From: a virus
Length of the DNA stretch: 64,000 nt
Direction: 5' to 3' (one strand)
Virus record (IMG/VR): IMGVR_UViG_3300022562_001990
Location: 5,440 to 69,439 of that record
Below are positions 28,086 to 39,145 of the stretch, one piece after another. The stretch's first letter is position 1. Every line of letters begins with the position of its first letter. Below the pieces are notes generated by a model that saw nothing but the letters and a program-made list of their open reading frames with translations, was not told the origin of the DNA and ran no database searches. The position numbers were made by a program, and so were the translations under genes.

Positions 28086-29612
28086 ATGCCATCGAGTACA
28101 GCCTTCCTCAGCCTCACGCTGCCACAGCTCAACGAGTTCTTTGACAGCTGGCATGAGCCTGTAAACGCCAACTTCGAGACGATCGACGACTTCCTCGAGG
28201 ATCTGCACAACTCGCTGGTCACGAGCTCGGCCACCTCGACCTGGGCTGCCCTCCGTGGAAGCAAGAACAGCCTTGTCGAACGACTCGACGTTTCCATCAA
28301 CGCAGATGGCACTCTGGACATCTCTGGCTCTGCAGACATCCTTGCGATGTCGGTCTCCAATACCCGCGGCGACTACACCAACCCGAGGAAGCGGTTGGAC
28401 GACGGCGACGAGGAGCTCTACGGGGCACGGCAACCGTTCCCGGACGGGAGGTTCACACCCTTCGGCTCCGGCGGCCCTTCGGCGGGATTCCCCGAGGAGC
28501 AGCTCGACGCTGGCATCGCAATTCGCTCGGCTGACTTTGGCACCGATGCCAACCACCCGATGGCAAGCCCACGGGTGCCATGGGCGCCTGGCCTGGTCTC
28601 TGGAGGGCAGACAGCCTTCTTCACGGCCCCCGGCGGTGAGTCGGTCATTCGCCTGACGGCCGATCTGGCGCCTGCCATCTTCAACATCGACGGCTACATC
28701 TTCCGACTCAGGGAGACCTTCGATTTCGACTTCAGTGCCCTTGCCCCCGGCCTCGACAACTACGTCTGGCTCTATGTGGAGCGAGACGACGCTGGGTACA
28801 ACGACAGCAACTTCCTCTACGAGGGATCTGCGAAGGATCTGCGCAAGCTCCAGTCCGGGGCAGGCACAGGCACGGCCTCGAACAGCACATTCACCGCGAC
28901 GGGCGCACTCTTCAACAGCATCGCCCTCGGAAAGGTGAAGGCTGGCGACATCCTGGTCATCGAAGGAGCGGGCGCCAGCGCAGGCCAGTATGTCATCGAG
29001 TCAATCACCTCGGACACGGCTCTGGCGATCCGAGGCACGTTCTATGCGAACGGCGCCGGATTGACCTGGCATGTTCTCGATCAGTTCCAGCCCAATGTCG
29101 GCGCGGTGGTGACGGATGGCGATCCGGAGACGCAGCCTCCGTTCGTAGCCGGCCGCGTCTACATCGGACGTTGCCGGAACAAGACGGGGGCCACCCCGCC
29201 CGACCAGATCGTCACCTTCACCCGTGGAGGTGTCTACGACTCTGGCTGGATTGCATCGGTCGATGCAACGGCGGACTTCCCCTACGCCCTGACTCACAAC
29301 CTTGGGCAGATTCCGAGCCAGGTGGAGATCTGGATGCGCTCGAGCCTGTCGGCTCCGGCCTACCGGGCTATGGTGGAGCGCGCCGTCGTCACGAAGATGG
29401 ACAGCGCCAATTTCCCCGATCCGCTTGCGGCAGACACCTCGACAGCAGTCAAGATGCTGTTTCCATCGGTGCGGCCCTACTGCACCAACACGGAGCTCAC
29501 CGTCCTGCTCGCCAATGAATCTCTGGATCCTGCCAAGGGGCCATCGCTGTTCACGGATAGCGGAGGAACCGAAGTGCAGGCTGGATTCATGCGCGTGATT
29601 GCGAGGCTCTAA
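28086..29612 (+). CDS. Tail fibre-like protein
   Basis: N-terminal WHEPVNANFETID and C-terminal YDSGW...LTHNLGQIP motifs common in fibre proteins. Confidence 0.65.
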   Translation: MPSSTAFLSLTLPQLNEFFDSWHEPVNANFETIDDFLEDLHNSLVTSSATSTWAALRGSKNSLVERLDVSINADGTLDISGSADILAMSVSNTRGDYTNPRKRLDDGDEELYGARQPFPDGRFTPFGSGGPSAGFPEEQLDAGIAIRSADFGTDANHPMASPRVPWAPGLVSGGQTAFFTAPGGESVIRLTADLAPAIFNIDGYIFRLRETFDFDFSALAPGLDNYVWLYVERDDAGYNDSNFLYEGSAKDLRKLQSGAGTGTASNSTFTATGALFNSIALGKVKAGDILVIEGAGASAGQYVIESITSDTALAIRGTFYANGAGLTWHVLDQFQPNVGAVVTDGDPETQPPFVAGRVYIGRCRNKTGATPPDQIVTFTRGGVYDSGWIASVDATADFPYALTHNLGQIPSQVEIWMRSSLSAPAYRAMVERAVVTKMDSANFPDPLAADTSTAVKMLFPSVRPYCTNTELTVLLANESLDPAKGPSLFTDSGGTEVQAGFMRVIARL

Positions 29613-32600
29613 ATGTCGGTCACAGCACTAGCTAACAAGACGGTCAGCTTCCGGTCACCGTACACCGGGAACACGTTCCAGCTTCTGACCGAGAAGATCC
29701 TGGGCGCCGATGGATACCTCTCTGGCGGAGCCGCGGCGGAGCCGCGTCCGACAACGGATCGATCATCACGATTGCTCCTGTCGCATTCGTACAGCGCGGC
29801 CTCATCGTCGAGATCGAGTCCGAAATTACCGGCCTTGCCGTTCCAACTGATCCGGAACCGTGGTTCGTTATTGCGTCGTCGCCCGATGACGACCCCACGA
29901 CCCTCGTCACGATCTCGGTCACGAGAGACCTAGTCCTCGCCTCCACTGGCGTTGTCATCGCATATAAGACCGGCGGTGCATGGCAGAACCCACTGTCCGT
30001 CAACGCTCAAGGCGCGAAGGCCATTGCGGCCGAGCCCGGCGTCGAAGCCGAGGTAGAGGAGTCCTATGGACTCAGCGGAAGCAATTTCGACAAGATTCGG
30101 ATCACCCCCGGCCTGGTTGTCGACCCCGCAGGAATTCGTCGCAACCTCCCCAGTCTGGCCGGAGCTTCTGCACAGGCCTTCAACGAAACCCCGCTTCGCT
30201 CGCATGCCAGCAGTGGCCGCCAGGACTATATCGTCCTGCGGCAGCGAGAGCCCTTCTCAGCAGAGATCAAGCAGCTCTTCGGCGGACAGTTCAACGCCGG
30301 GGGGTATCTCCAGCAGGAGGTCGACAACGGCACCGCCCCTAGCTACAGCTCTCGCCCTGCCGTCTATGCCAAAAGAAATGGCTTGACGGGCGAGATCTGG
30401 TTTGCCTTCGGAGGCCAAGGAGCATCCCTTGGCGTAGACACCCAAGGCGGTTTTGCTGGGGCTGGTTACGCGAAGACGACGACGTTTGCCACGGGCGGTA
30501 ATGTCAGCAGTGTTTGGATTGTCGGCCAGCGGGCTAGCGACGATGCCCTGATCTGTCTGTTCTCGACCGGCACCGATCTTCAGATGGGCAGCTTCAACGG
30601 GACCAACGGGGCCCAGGTCGATGCGCCAGTGACGATCGGGAACATGACCGGAACGGTCACTCGAGTTCGCGCCGCTCTCGACGGGCAAGACCAGGTTCAC
30701 GTTGTCTTTGAGCACAACGAAGGCGGGAGCCCCAGCCAGCAGATCTACTACGTCAAGGCGAGCGCCCTGGCGGCCAACTTCGGAACCGCCCCTGGAGCTC
30801 CGGCCATTGTCGCCGGCGCCAACACCGGCAAGAACGATGTCGATCCAGACATTGCGCTTGACCGAATGGGCAATGCCCACATCGTCTACGCGACGGGCAC
30901 GGGGTCCAATCGCTACGGAGACTTCGTCTACGCAGTCATCGATGCCAACAAGAACCTCGTCTCGCTGGACACCTACTTGGTCGGCTCCGACGTTGGCGCA
31001 GAGAGCATCGTTGACCCGCAGGGTGTCGTATCGAATGTTCTCACCAGCATCCGCCGAGCCCGTGTCACGGTCAACGACTTCGACGAAGTCACGGCTGTTG
31101 CAATCGGCGACGGAACCGACCTCCTGGTTTTTGCCCCGCACTTCGAGGAGCGACTCGGCTACGCCCTGGTGAGTCTTGGGGCTGTACCCGACTCAGAAGC
31201 AGTCTCCGTTGACGTGGTCACCGGTGAGCGCGGCGAGGTGCAGATTGCCTATCTCACGCACGATGGCGGTAGCTCCCCCTTCTTCATCTATTCGATGACC
31301 CTCGATGTGGCCTTCGCCTCCAATGGCCACATCCATGAGCACATTCTTCGACGCGATGTCGAGGTCTACAACGCCGGCGGAAACCTTTCGACTCGAGTTG
31401 CAGGAGGCGAAGAAGAGGACATTCTTCTTGTCCGAGGCATTCTCGGGGACTTCGTGTCGTCGCTCACTGACCTCACGAATTACGACGGCAAGATTCACAG
31501 TTTCGCGACACTCGAGGACGATTCCAATGCGGTTCGGCAGCGGAGCCATCCGAAGGACGTCTATCTGGCATCCTATGAGGCTCCCGACGGAACGGTGACG
31601 GAGGACCGGATTCGGACCTTCAATGTTCGTCCCAAGAAGATGAACTACCCGTTCCTTGTTGGTCGCGACGGAGACTTCCAAGGATTCGATGCCGTCTACG
31701 ATGCCGTTCGCGAGGCAAACCGTCTCGGCGGAGAGGTGGTCGTTCGTCCAGGTGACTATCGAAACATCTCGACCGGTGTCGCCCCTGGAGCTCTCCAGCT
31801 CGCTGCCGGAGTCTCGCTTCGTGGCGATGGTCAAGTCTCGTTCGAGGGCTATGAGTTTCGCCTTGGGACCTCGGTGTCCTCGTGGTCGATCAACAACATC
31901 AACGGCGACATTGTCGAGAGAACCGCCTCGTTTGGCGGGGTGGTCAAAGAAGGCGACCTCGTCCAGATGGCTACGTCCGGCTTTCACCGGGTACTGAAGG
32001 TACTGCCGTACAAAAGCCCCTACGCGGGTAGGCTTTTGCTTTCGCAATCACAGCTTGGCGGCGCTCCGGCCGGAGCAACGATCACGATCTTCCCGTCTGG
32101 TGGATCAATCCAGAACGTCTCCTTTGTTGGAGACCCAATCAGCCTTCCGGCTATCAGCGTCTTCTATAGCGATCAGGCCCTCATCAAGGGCGTGGCATTT
32201 CTAGGTGACGTCACTGGATTAAGCGGGCTCATCGAAGCATCGAATGCCAGGAACCTACTGATCGATCAGTGCAATTTCGCCAATGCGAACCAGTCTGGTA
32301 CGGCAAAGGCTGTTCTGCTGAGCTCGTGCTCGAGGCCCATCATTCGAGGCTGCCTTGGCAACGGAAGTGGAGTCAACGAGTTCGATATTGACCAGACCAA
32401 CGACAACCCTATGGTTGTTGGCTGCATCGGATTGGTCGACGGCACAGGCGCAGTCACCAGAACATCGCCGCTCAACATCGTCGGCCAGGACGACGAGAAC
32501 GTCGCCGGCATCACGGCGGCTACCGACTCCGTCACGGGCGTCGGCAAGGTCGTCAAGACCGTCGACGGAACCCTCCATCTCCAGGACGACAACACTCGTG

Positions 32601-35041
32601 CGGGCGCGACGCCGAACATCCCCCTCTCCGACTCTGGCGTGGGGGGAGACGTTCTGCCCGCGGGGGCCAACTCGCTGCTCCATGCCGTCTACACGAACAA
32701 AGCCAACATCGACTCCAACGATGTCGACATCGCTGCCAACACTGCGGCAATTGCAGCACACGAAACGTTGGTCAGCAACTTCAACAAAGGCGTCATCAAG
32801 TCTGGTGTCCTCTTCGGGTGCACCCCAAGCGAGGGTACGGGCACTGCGGTAGACTACACCGCAGGCGAGTACATTGCCGGGGGCAAGGTCTGGAGCTTTG
32901 GACCGCTCACGATCAGCACGAGCACAGTAGCCTCGACGACCTACTACTACTGGGTTGACGAGGTTGGCGTTCATCACCGTGATACGTCCCTGCCCAACAC
33001 GGACGACCCGAACGTCTGCATGCTGCTCATCGCGAAGACGAACTCTGTCAACACAGGGTTCGAGCAGTTCATCGACTTTCGATTCTGCATCGGCAAGAAC
33101 TACCAGAAGGGACCCCTCATCGTCGGCCCCGAAGGCGCAGACGTCGACGCAGACGAAACCCACTTCTTCTCCATCTACGGAGCCGTCGAGTACCTCATTC
33201 GGAAAGACCGAAACGAGGTGGGGGAAATCATCGTCACCGGCGAGTGCGACCTCGATGCCGGCAAAGGCCGCGCCGTTGGCGCCCACCTGTACATCGACTT
33301 CTTCAGCACCAATCTTGGTGGCATCATCATTCGCGGGGTCGGGGAAAGGGCTGGCATCAAAACGACAGACACCACCCAGCCAGCAATCTGGTGCAATGGT
33401 CTCAACGGTGCCACTGACAGAGACGAGAAGGTTACGGTTCGCATACACAACCTGCTCATCAAGAGCAATGCGACCAGCGGGCCAACGGTCGATGACGATC
33501 CGGCCATCATGCTCTCGAACTCGTTCCACGATGTCGTCATCGACAGGTGCTCTGTTCGAGCTCCTGACCTGAGCCAGGTTGGCGGAACGACCGGCTGGCA
33601 GAGAGTCGTAGACGTATCCTCGAACTTCAGCTGCAAAGACCTGACGATCGCAAACAACTACTTCGAAGGCGGGGAGTACGACGGAATCGATCTTGCGTCG
33701 ACCACAACCGGCCTTATCGAGAACGCCTACATCTTCAGGAACGTTTTTGCCGCAGCAGCTGCAAGTGGAGCAAGCGTCCAGGGTGCTGTTGTTCGCATCG
33801 GCGAAACGACGGTGAATGCCTGGGTAACCGAAAATACGGTCACGGACACAGACCTGGGGACGGCAAACGGCTGGGCAAGCTTCGTGAACTTTACCTGTCG
33901 GCAATACCTTGTGACCCAGCCGACGTCAACGCTTTCCGGAATCAGAATGATTGCGGACAACGTAGTCAATCCGAACTCGTCTTTCATCAACGACATCTTC
34001 ATCTGCAATCGCCCAGCGTCCGGAGATGCGGCCCCGTATTACATTCTCAACAACACGGTCATTCACAACGTCGGAGACTTCCTCGTAATCAATGCGCGCT
34101 CAAGAGGTGCGCTGATTGCCGGGAACCACTGGGAGGGAGGTCTCTATTTCGTAGACTGCACCCCAGCGACCTCTCGCACCGCTACTGAAGGCTACGAGCG
34201 AATTGTCAACAACTACCTCGACCTAAGCTCTGCGGTTGGCACCGGTGGAAAGGCGCTCTTCCTTCGGGGGGACCGGATCATCTTTGCCGGAAACAGAGTG
34301 ATTGGCGGATATCGTCAAATCGACATTGACGATGACATTGGAGACACCACGGAGGGCGATGTCTTCCTGCTAGACAATATCGTCACCGATGGCCTCGCGG
34401 GAGGCGTTGGGTTCTTCATCTATCGGTGTCATCGAATGATCATTCGCGGCAACGTGGTAAAAAGCGCTGCTGCGAACTGGGAGGCGATGACCGTCTACAC
34501 CTGCGAAGACCACGTCGTCACAGACAACTTTTTCGAAAACGATACGGGAGAGACCGTTGCGTGCACTATCACCAACGGAATTTTCGCCAACAACAAGGTC
34601 AGACGAACGAATGCCACAACAGGGGATGCCTACTGCCTCCACCTGATCGGCAGCGGAGTCATCGTTGGCAACTTCATCGAGGATGCAGGACTCGATGTCA
34701 TGACGATCACCAACGCTAGCTTGAAGTGGGGTTCCTCTATCGCAATCGGCAACTACTACGTCGGGGCCCTTGGCGGCGGCAGCAGGAACGGGGTCGCTAT
34801 TGGTGGAACCAAGAATGTTTTCATTGGCAACAAAATAGTTCAGGATGCCACTGGTTCGTATGCGAATGTTCGTCTTGAGAGCGCTGTTCGCGACGGAACG
34901 TTCATCGGGAACGTCCTGGACAACCTGAATGTGGCGCCGACCTATTGGGCTGACATTCGTAGTGCAAAAACCTTCGATGAATGGGGGACAAGCAACCTAA
35001 GCTCAACCCCGAACTTAGGAGGAACGAATCGTGAAGTCTAA
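29613..35041 (+). pseudogene. Tail fibre/tailspike (about 1805 aa when repaired), frameshifted by an 11-bp tandem duplication
   Basis: Removing one GGCGGAGCCGC copy (29724-29745) fuses ORF 29613 in frame with ORF 30383..35041. Contains propeller-like repeats and two parallel beta-helix regions. Confidence 0.8.
29724..29745 (+). repeat. Exact 11-bp tandem duplication GGCGGAGCCGC x2
   Basis: Read directly from the sequence. Confidence 0.95.
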
Positions 35042-35213
35042 GTACCCACCCCTTCCGCCGGTTCCGACCCTTTCGACAGAGACCCTTCGCAAGGCGGATG
35101 AGTCGGTATCTGCTTCCTCGAAGTATGCGTTCGGCGAGAACAGCTCCAACAACGCCAAGGCTGCCATTGCCCAAGAGAAGATGCGTCTACAGATGAAGGA
35201 GCTCCGTCGGTGA
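35031..35213 (+). CDS. Small hypothetical protein
   Basis: GTG after AGGAGG; overlaps both neighbours. Confidence 0.6.
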   Translation: MKSKYPPLPPVPTLSTETLRKADESVSASSKYAFGENSSNNAKAAIAQEKMRLQMKELRR

Positions 35214-35524
35214 GCGAAGTCTCCCCCATTCGCCCCCCGGCAGAGGTGGATCTCGACGACGACCAGCGAGCTGCCATCGAGGAAGCCGGGGGCTGGTCGC
35301 TCGAGGCCTACGCCGAGCTCGGTGCCGCCTACCTCGACTACTCCGAGGCTGAGGCTCGCTACCTCCAGGCCAAGGCTCGCCTAACCAAGGCCAAGGGCGG
35401 AGCCCTCGAGGCCGACATGAAGAGGGGCAACGTTGTGGCCGCCATCGCCGCCGGAATGAGCCTGCCGCCCGGGGAGTGGACCTACGACTCCAAGAGGGGC
35501 AAGCTGGTCAAGAGGAGCTCGTAG
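35210..35524 (+). CDS. Small coiled-coil hypothetical protein
   Basis: AAGGAG RBS; translationally coupled. Confidence 0.65.
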   Translation: MSEVSPIRPPAEVDLDDDQRAAIEEAGGWSLEAYAELGAAYLDYSEAEARYLQAKARLTKAKGGALEADMKRGNVVAAIAAGMSLPPGEWTYDSKRGKLVKRSS

Positions 35525-35525
35525 A

Positions 35526-36146
35526 ATGATGCGTCGCGAAAGCCTTGGGGCTACGGCCCGAATTACCCTGGACGTTGTTACCGCTGGCGCTGGCGTCATC
35601 GGACAATCCCCCACCTTCGCTATTCAGCGGCTTGCCGACGGGAAGTGGTTTCAGGCATCGGATGGCACCTGGCAGCCAACCATCGTCGAGAACGCCGGAA
35701 CGCAGACGGACTCGACGAACCTTCCCGGACGGTACCACTTCGACTTCGATCAGAGCCTTGATGATCTGGCCGAATCCTCGAGCTACGTGGTCAAGAAGCA
35801 GAACGCGTCTGGCACCCTGGTGCTCGAATACGAGGACCTCGCCTTCGGTCCCGTCCCAGGGGTGACGAGCCCAGAGCTCTGCTCTGTGACCGGTCGCATC
35901 TTCAACTCGATGGGCGAGGCCAGCCCGAACGAGCTCGTGCGCGCAACCTTGGAGCCTGTCTACAAGGATGCCCAGAGTCGGGGCATTACCGCCGACCGAC
36001 CCGTCATCACCTACACCAACGAGCTCGGCGACTTTGACCTCGGGCTCGTTCGTGGCGCGACCTTCCGACTCGAGATCACCTCGATTGGCTACAATCGTAG
36101 GGTTACGATTCCCGACCAGGCCACGGCCCTGTTTACAGACCTATAG
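35526..36146 (+). CDS. Beta-sandwich virion protein (transthyretin/carboxypeptidase-regulatory-like C-domain)
   Basis: CSVTGRIFN...YTNELGDFDLGLVRGA; paralogous to 36974..37270. Confidence 0.6.
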   Translation: MMRRESLGATARITLDVVTAGAGVIGQSPTFAIQRLADGKWFQASDGTWQPTIVENAGTQTDSTNLPGRYHFDFDQSLDDLAESSSYVVKKQNASGTLVLEYEDLAFGPVPGVTSPELCSVTGRIFNSMGEASPNELVRATLEPVYKDAQSRGITADRPVITYTNELGDFDLGLVRGATFRLEITSIGYNRRVTIPDQATALFTDL

Positions 36147-36168
36147 GAGACCGTGCTACCCTGGTGTC

Positions 36169-36396
36169 GTGACCTTCGAGCACGGCATAGCACTTCTGCG
36201 GGAATTTGGTTTCCCAGTGTTTGTTGCCGTGTGGTTCATGTGGCGCCTTGAGAGGCGTGTGGATCGGCTGTTCGAGCTGATGAACTCCCACATGCAAGCC
36301 ACTGCTCTCCTTGCGAAGAGCGTGGACTACCACATCGACCTGGCAAGGAATGGGACCGGGAGTTTCCCAACCACCGAAGAAAGCTCTGGCAAATGA
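36169..36396 (+). CDS. YvrJ-like/holin-like single-TM protein
   Basis: LREFGFPVFVAVWFMWRLERRVDRL matches the GFP-TM-RLE pattern. Confidence 0.6.
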   Translation: MTFEHGIALLREFGFPVFVAVWFMWRLERRVDRLFELMNSHMQATALLAKSVDYHIDLARNGTGSFPTTEESSGK

Positions 36397-36662
36397 ACTC
36401 AAGCACAATCTCCTTCATCGCCTGGTCAGTCATCATGGCCGTCACCTTGGTGGGGCTGGTGATTGCGGCTCGAAAGAGTCGAAGCGTTCAGAGCCAGACG
36501 GAAGATGTCGCCTCGAGGGCGCTGCCCGAGATCGGCGAGATCGCAGAAAAGAAACACAAGCAGCGTTTCGGCCGCGCACCTACAAATGCGCCAGGCGCCT
36601 CATCTGAATGCATGAGCTCCTGGTACCCCGAGACGAAGAAGAAGGTAGCCGGTAAAGCGTGA
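36393..36662 (+). CDS. Small N-terminal-TM protein
   Basis: ISFIAWSVIMAVTLVGLVIAARK; ATGA coupling. Confidence 0.6.
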   Translation: MNSSTISFIAWSVIMAVTLVGLVIAARKSRSVQSQTEDVASRALPEIGEIAEKKHKQRFGRAPTNAPGASSECMSSWYPETKKKVAGKA

Positions 36663-36668
36663 GATGGA

Positions 36669-36971
36669 ATGGTCACAGCTTACTTCGTCATCGCCGGAAT
36701 GGGAGTCATCCTCTGGATCCCGATCCTGCTCAAGTTCTATAGATCGTGGGTCAACAGGTCGAACCCGATCAGTCTCGCAATTTGCGCGGCGATCATTCTA
36801 CTTGTCTGGTCGTCGATTGCTGGCGCATGGATGGTCGCGGGCACGGTGAACAGGCACCTCGTGGCGCTGGTCACCTCAGGTATGTCTACACTCGTGGCCG
36901 GGTACTGCCATCTCGCCTTTCACATGTCGTCGAAGAAGTTCCCTGATCAGCGGTCGGAGAAGAAGGAATAG
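36669..36971 (+). CDS. Small three-TM membrane protein (holin-like topology)
   Basis: Three hydrophobic segments and a charged C-tail. Confidence 0.6.
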   Translation: MVTAYFVIAGMGVILWIPILLKFYRSWVNRSNPISLAICAAIILLVWSSIAGAWMVAGTVNRHLVALVTSGMSTLVAGYCHLAFHMSSKKFPDQRSEKKE

Positions 36972-36973
36972 CC

Positions 36974-37270
36974 ATGCCCGCCACGACTGCAACTGTCACC
37001 GGAACCATCTGCAAGGCAGACGGCACTCCTGTTCAAGGAGCACAGATCAAGGTTCGCATCGAGTCCACCGAGCAGGACATGGGTGGACAGGTAGCCGGCA
37101 GCGCTGGGATCACATCGGACCAGATCGAGGCGTTCACCGAAGAAGATGGCACCTTCTCCATCGACCTCGTCGCAGGGGCCACCGTCGAGCTCGACATTCC
37201 GGACATCAATCTTCGAAAGAAGATCAAGGTGCCCGACTCTGGCAGCGCCGACTTCACGACACTGGTCTAG
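36974..37270 (+). CDS. Carboxypeptidase-regulatory-like beta-sandwich protein
   Basis: TVTGTICKADGTPVQGAQI...FTEEDGTFSIDLVAGA. Confidence 0.65.
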   Translation: MPATTATVTGTICKADGTPVQGAQIKVRIESTEQDMGGQVAGSAGITSDQIEAFTEEDGTFSIDLVAGATVELDIPDINLRKKIKVPDSGSADFTTLV

Positions 37271-37352
37271 TAGCTAAGAAATAGACGCAGGCTCCATCCC
37301 ACCCCCCCGTCGCCGGGGGGACGAGAGGAGCCTGAGCGCTCGTCTTATTTCT
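37271..37352. terminator. Long nested hairpin between convergent genes
   Basis: AGAAATAGACG/CGTCTTATTTCT, CAGGCTCC/GGAGCCTG and CCCCCCG-TCGC-CGGGGGG stems. Confidence 0.6.
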
Positions 37353-37777
37353 CAGTCGATCGGGGCGCCAAAACCCTTGGCGATTCCCTTGATGATGCTT
37401 CCGATTCCGAAGGCATTCATCGTTGCTTCCTCGGCGACCTGGTCGTTGACCTGCTCGACCGCTTGCTCGGCCAGTACCTTCTCGCCGACGTCCTTGCCGC
37501 GGCCAAGGATCTTCTTGACTCCGCCGGCAATCTTGCCGCCGATGGGATCGACGATGTGCTCCTTGACCTCGCCGCCGACAACAGCCGCTCCGGCCGTGGC
37601 CAGGAAAGGATGCTTCCTTGCGGCATCGCCAAGAGTATCGATGCCCTGGCCGAGCCAGTTCTTCTCCGTCTTCTTTTTCTCCCCGTCGTCCGCTTTGACC
37701 TCGGTGGGTGCGGGCGACGACTCAGAGGTCGGGGCCGGAGAAATGGTGTGGGTTTTTGCTTCTGCTTTTTCGTTCAT
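37352..37777 (-). CDS. Hypothetical protein with hydrophobic segment
   Basis: 141-aa ORF downstream of a GGCATAAG site; PFLATAGAAVVGG. Confidence 0.7.
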   Translation of the reverse strand: MNEKAEAKTHTISPAPTSESSPAPTEVKADDGEKKKTEKNWLGQGIDTLGDAARKHPFLATAGAAVVGGEVKEHIVDPIGGKIAGGVKKILGRGKDVGEKVLAEQAVEQVNDQVAEEATMNAFGIGSIIKGIAKGFGAPID

Positions 37778-37903
37778 GGTGGATCCACAATCTGGTGCAT
37801 GGGTGCCCTATTGGGCTGGTTTGTTGGGTGGCTCTCAGACATGGCCGCACCGTTGCCACGCTTTGAGCTATTGAAATGAAAGCTGCGCTCTGCCTTCATA
37901 AAC

Positions 37904-37911
37904 CTTATGCC
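37904..37911 (-). promoter_or_regulatory. GGCATAAG putative phage-specific promoter
   Basis: Exact octamer in a divergent intergenic region. Confidence 0.6.
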
Positions 37912-37946
37912 TGGAAAGGGGGTGTGTTCCGGGGTCGTTGACCGTG

Positions 37947-37952
37947 TAGAAT
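37947..37952 (+). promoter_or_regulatory. -10 box TAGAAT for the head-protein operon
   Basis: TAGAATCCA, identical to the 9-mer at 27413. Confidence 0.45.
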
Positions 37953-37996
37953 CCAACTGATACCGTCACTCACTGCTCCCAGGGGAAGGTCCACAT

Positions 37997-39142
37997 ATGT
38001 CAATCGCTGCTGCAATCCTCGATTTCTACGACGACAGCAAACACGAGCTCATGTCCAAGGTCGCCATGCCGGTCGAGCTCAAGAACACAGACGTTTCGTT
38101 GCTGACCCCTGAGCAGCACGGGGCCCTGCCAGATTCAGATTTCGGGCTGATCTACCTGACCAAGCGCGCCTCCGTCCTTCGGAAGTTCCCGGTCAACGAT
38201 CCTGGCAACGCCTGGCTCTCAGCACAGTACTTCGGGAACACCTACGAGAAGCTGGCCTTCCCCGCCAGGTTCGTGGCTGCGAAGTTCATCAAGGAAGCGT
38301 GCGACGCCTACGGTGTCCCGGCCTCGAGGGCGGTCGATGCCTACGCAGCGCGAGTCGAAGACGGCGAGGCCCAGAACAACGTCTTCGTCGAGGGCTCCGA
38401 ATCGAGCTGGATGTTGCGCAAACTAGCCCAGCGCGAGCTCATCGAGAAGACGGCCTCTGCCGCAGAGATCAATGCCGTCGTCAACATGCCCGATGAACAC
38501 TTCGCCCTCGTCATCCAAGGCGGTGACGGTTCGGTCATGAGGAAGTACGCAATGCCCGACGCGCAGCACGTCAAGCTGGCGGCAAACTACTTCGACCAGT
38601 ACGCCATGGATTTGCCACCGGAGTATCGACACCGCTTTGCGGTCTCGGTTCAGCACCGCGCTGACGAGCTCGGCGTGGACGTCTCCGACAACGAGCAGCT
38701 CCACAAGTGGGCCGGCGTCGACTGGAATAGCCATGTCCATGCCCACCTCGAGCAGCGGAAGTCTCTGCTCCCTCAGAACCCTGGCGCGCGCGAGGTCCTC
38801 GACAAGCTTGCAGCCTCGCTACACGAAACCAGTCCGCCGGACATGGCGGCAGCGCTTCAGACCTTCGACCAGGCAACCAACCTGACCCGCTACTACGACA
38901 AGGGTTTGGCAGATCCGTTCGCCAGCACGATGTCGAAGCGTGCTTCTGCCTGGTCGGCAGACGTCGATGGCATGATCATCACGGAGGCAGACCTTCGCAA
39001 GGAAGCCACGATCAAGAAGATCGGCGGATACCTTGGTGAGTCTTTTGCCCGCCAATTCGCAGAGAACCCGGCTGAGATCTTCGAGTCGCTTCCGGCGCCC
39101 GAGAAGGCTCTCATCAAACAGGTCGTCTCTGGCGAGGCGTAA
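37997..39142 (+). CDS. Putative head-associated protein with two DUF6582-like repeats, K-x-A rich
   Basis: LPDSDFGL...RKFPVND...YF and MPDEHFAL...RKYAMPD...YF internal duplication. Confidence 0.6.
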   Translation: MSIAAAILDFYDDSKHELMSKVAMPVELKNTDVSLLTPEQHGALPDSDFGLIYLTKRASVLRKFPVNDPGNAWLSAQYFGNTYEKLAFPARFVAAKFIKEACDAYGVPASRAVDAYAARVEDGEAQNNVFVEGSESSWMLRKLAQRELIEKTASAAEINAVVNMPDEHFALVIQGGDGSVMRKYAMPDAQHVKLAANYFDQYAMDLPPEYRHRFAVSVQHRADELGVDVSDNEQLHKWAGVDWNSHVHAHLEQRKSLLPQNPGAREVLDKLAASLHETSPPDMAAALQTFDQATNLTRYYDKGLADPFASTMSKRASAWSADVDGMIITEADLRKEATIKKIGGYLGESFARQFAENPAEIFESLPAPEKALIKQVVSGEA

Positions 39143-39145
39143 GCC

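Noticed and set aside
29980-30386. Separate small ORFs 29980..30342 and 30066..30386
   Set aside because: Off-frame reads; the real coding frame is the upstream extension of the 30383 ORF.
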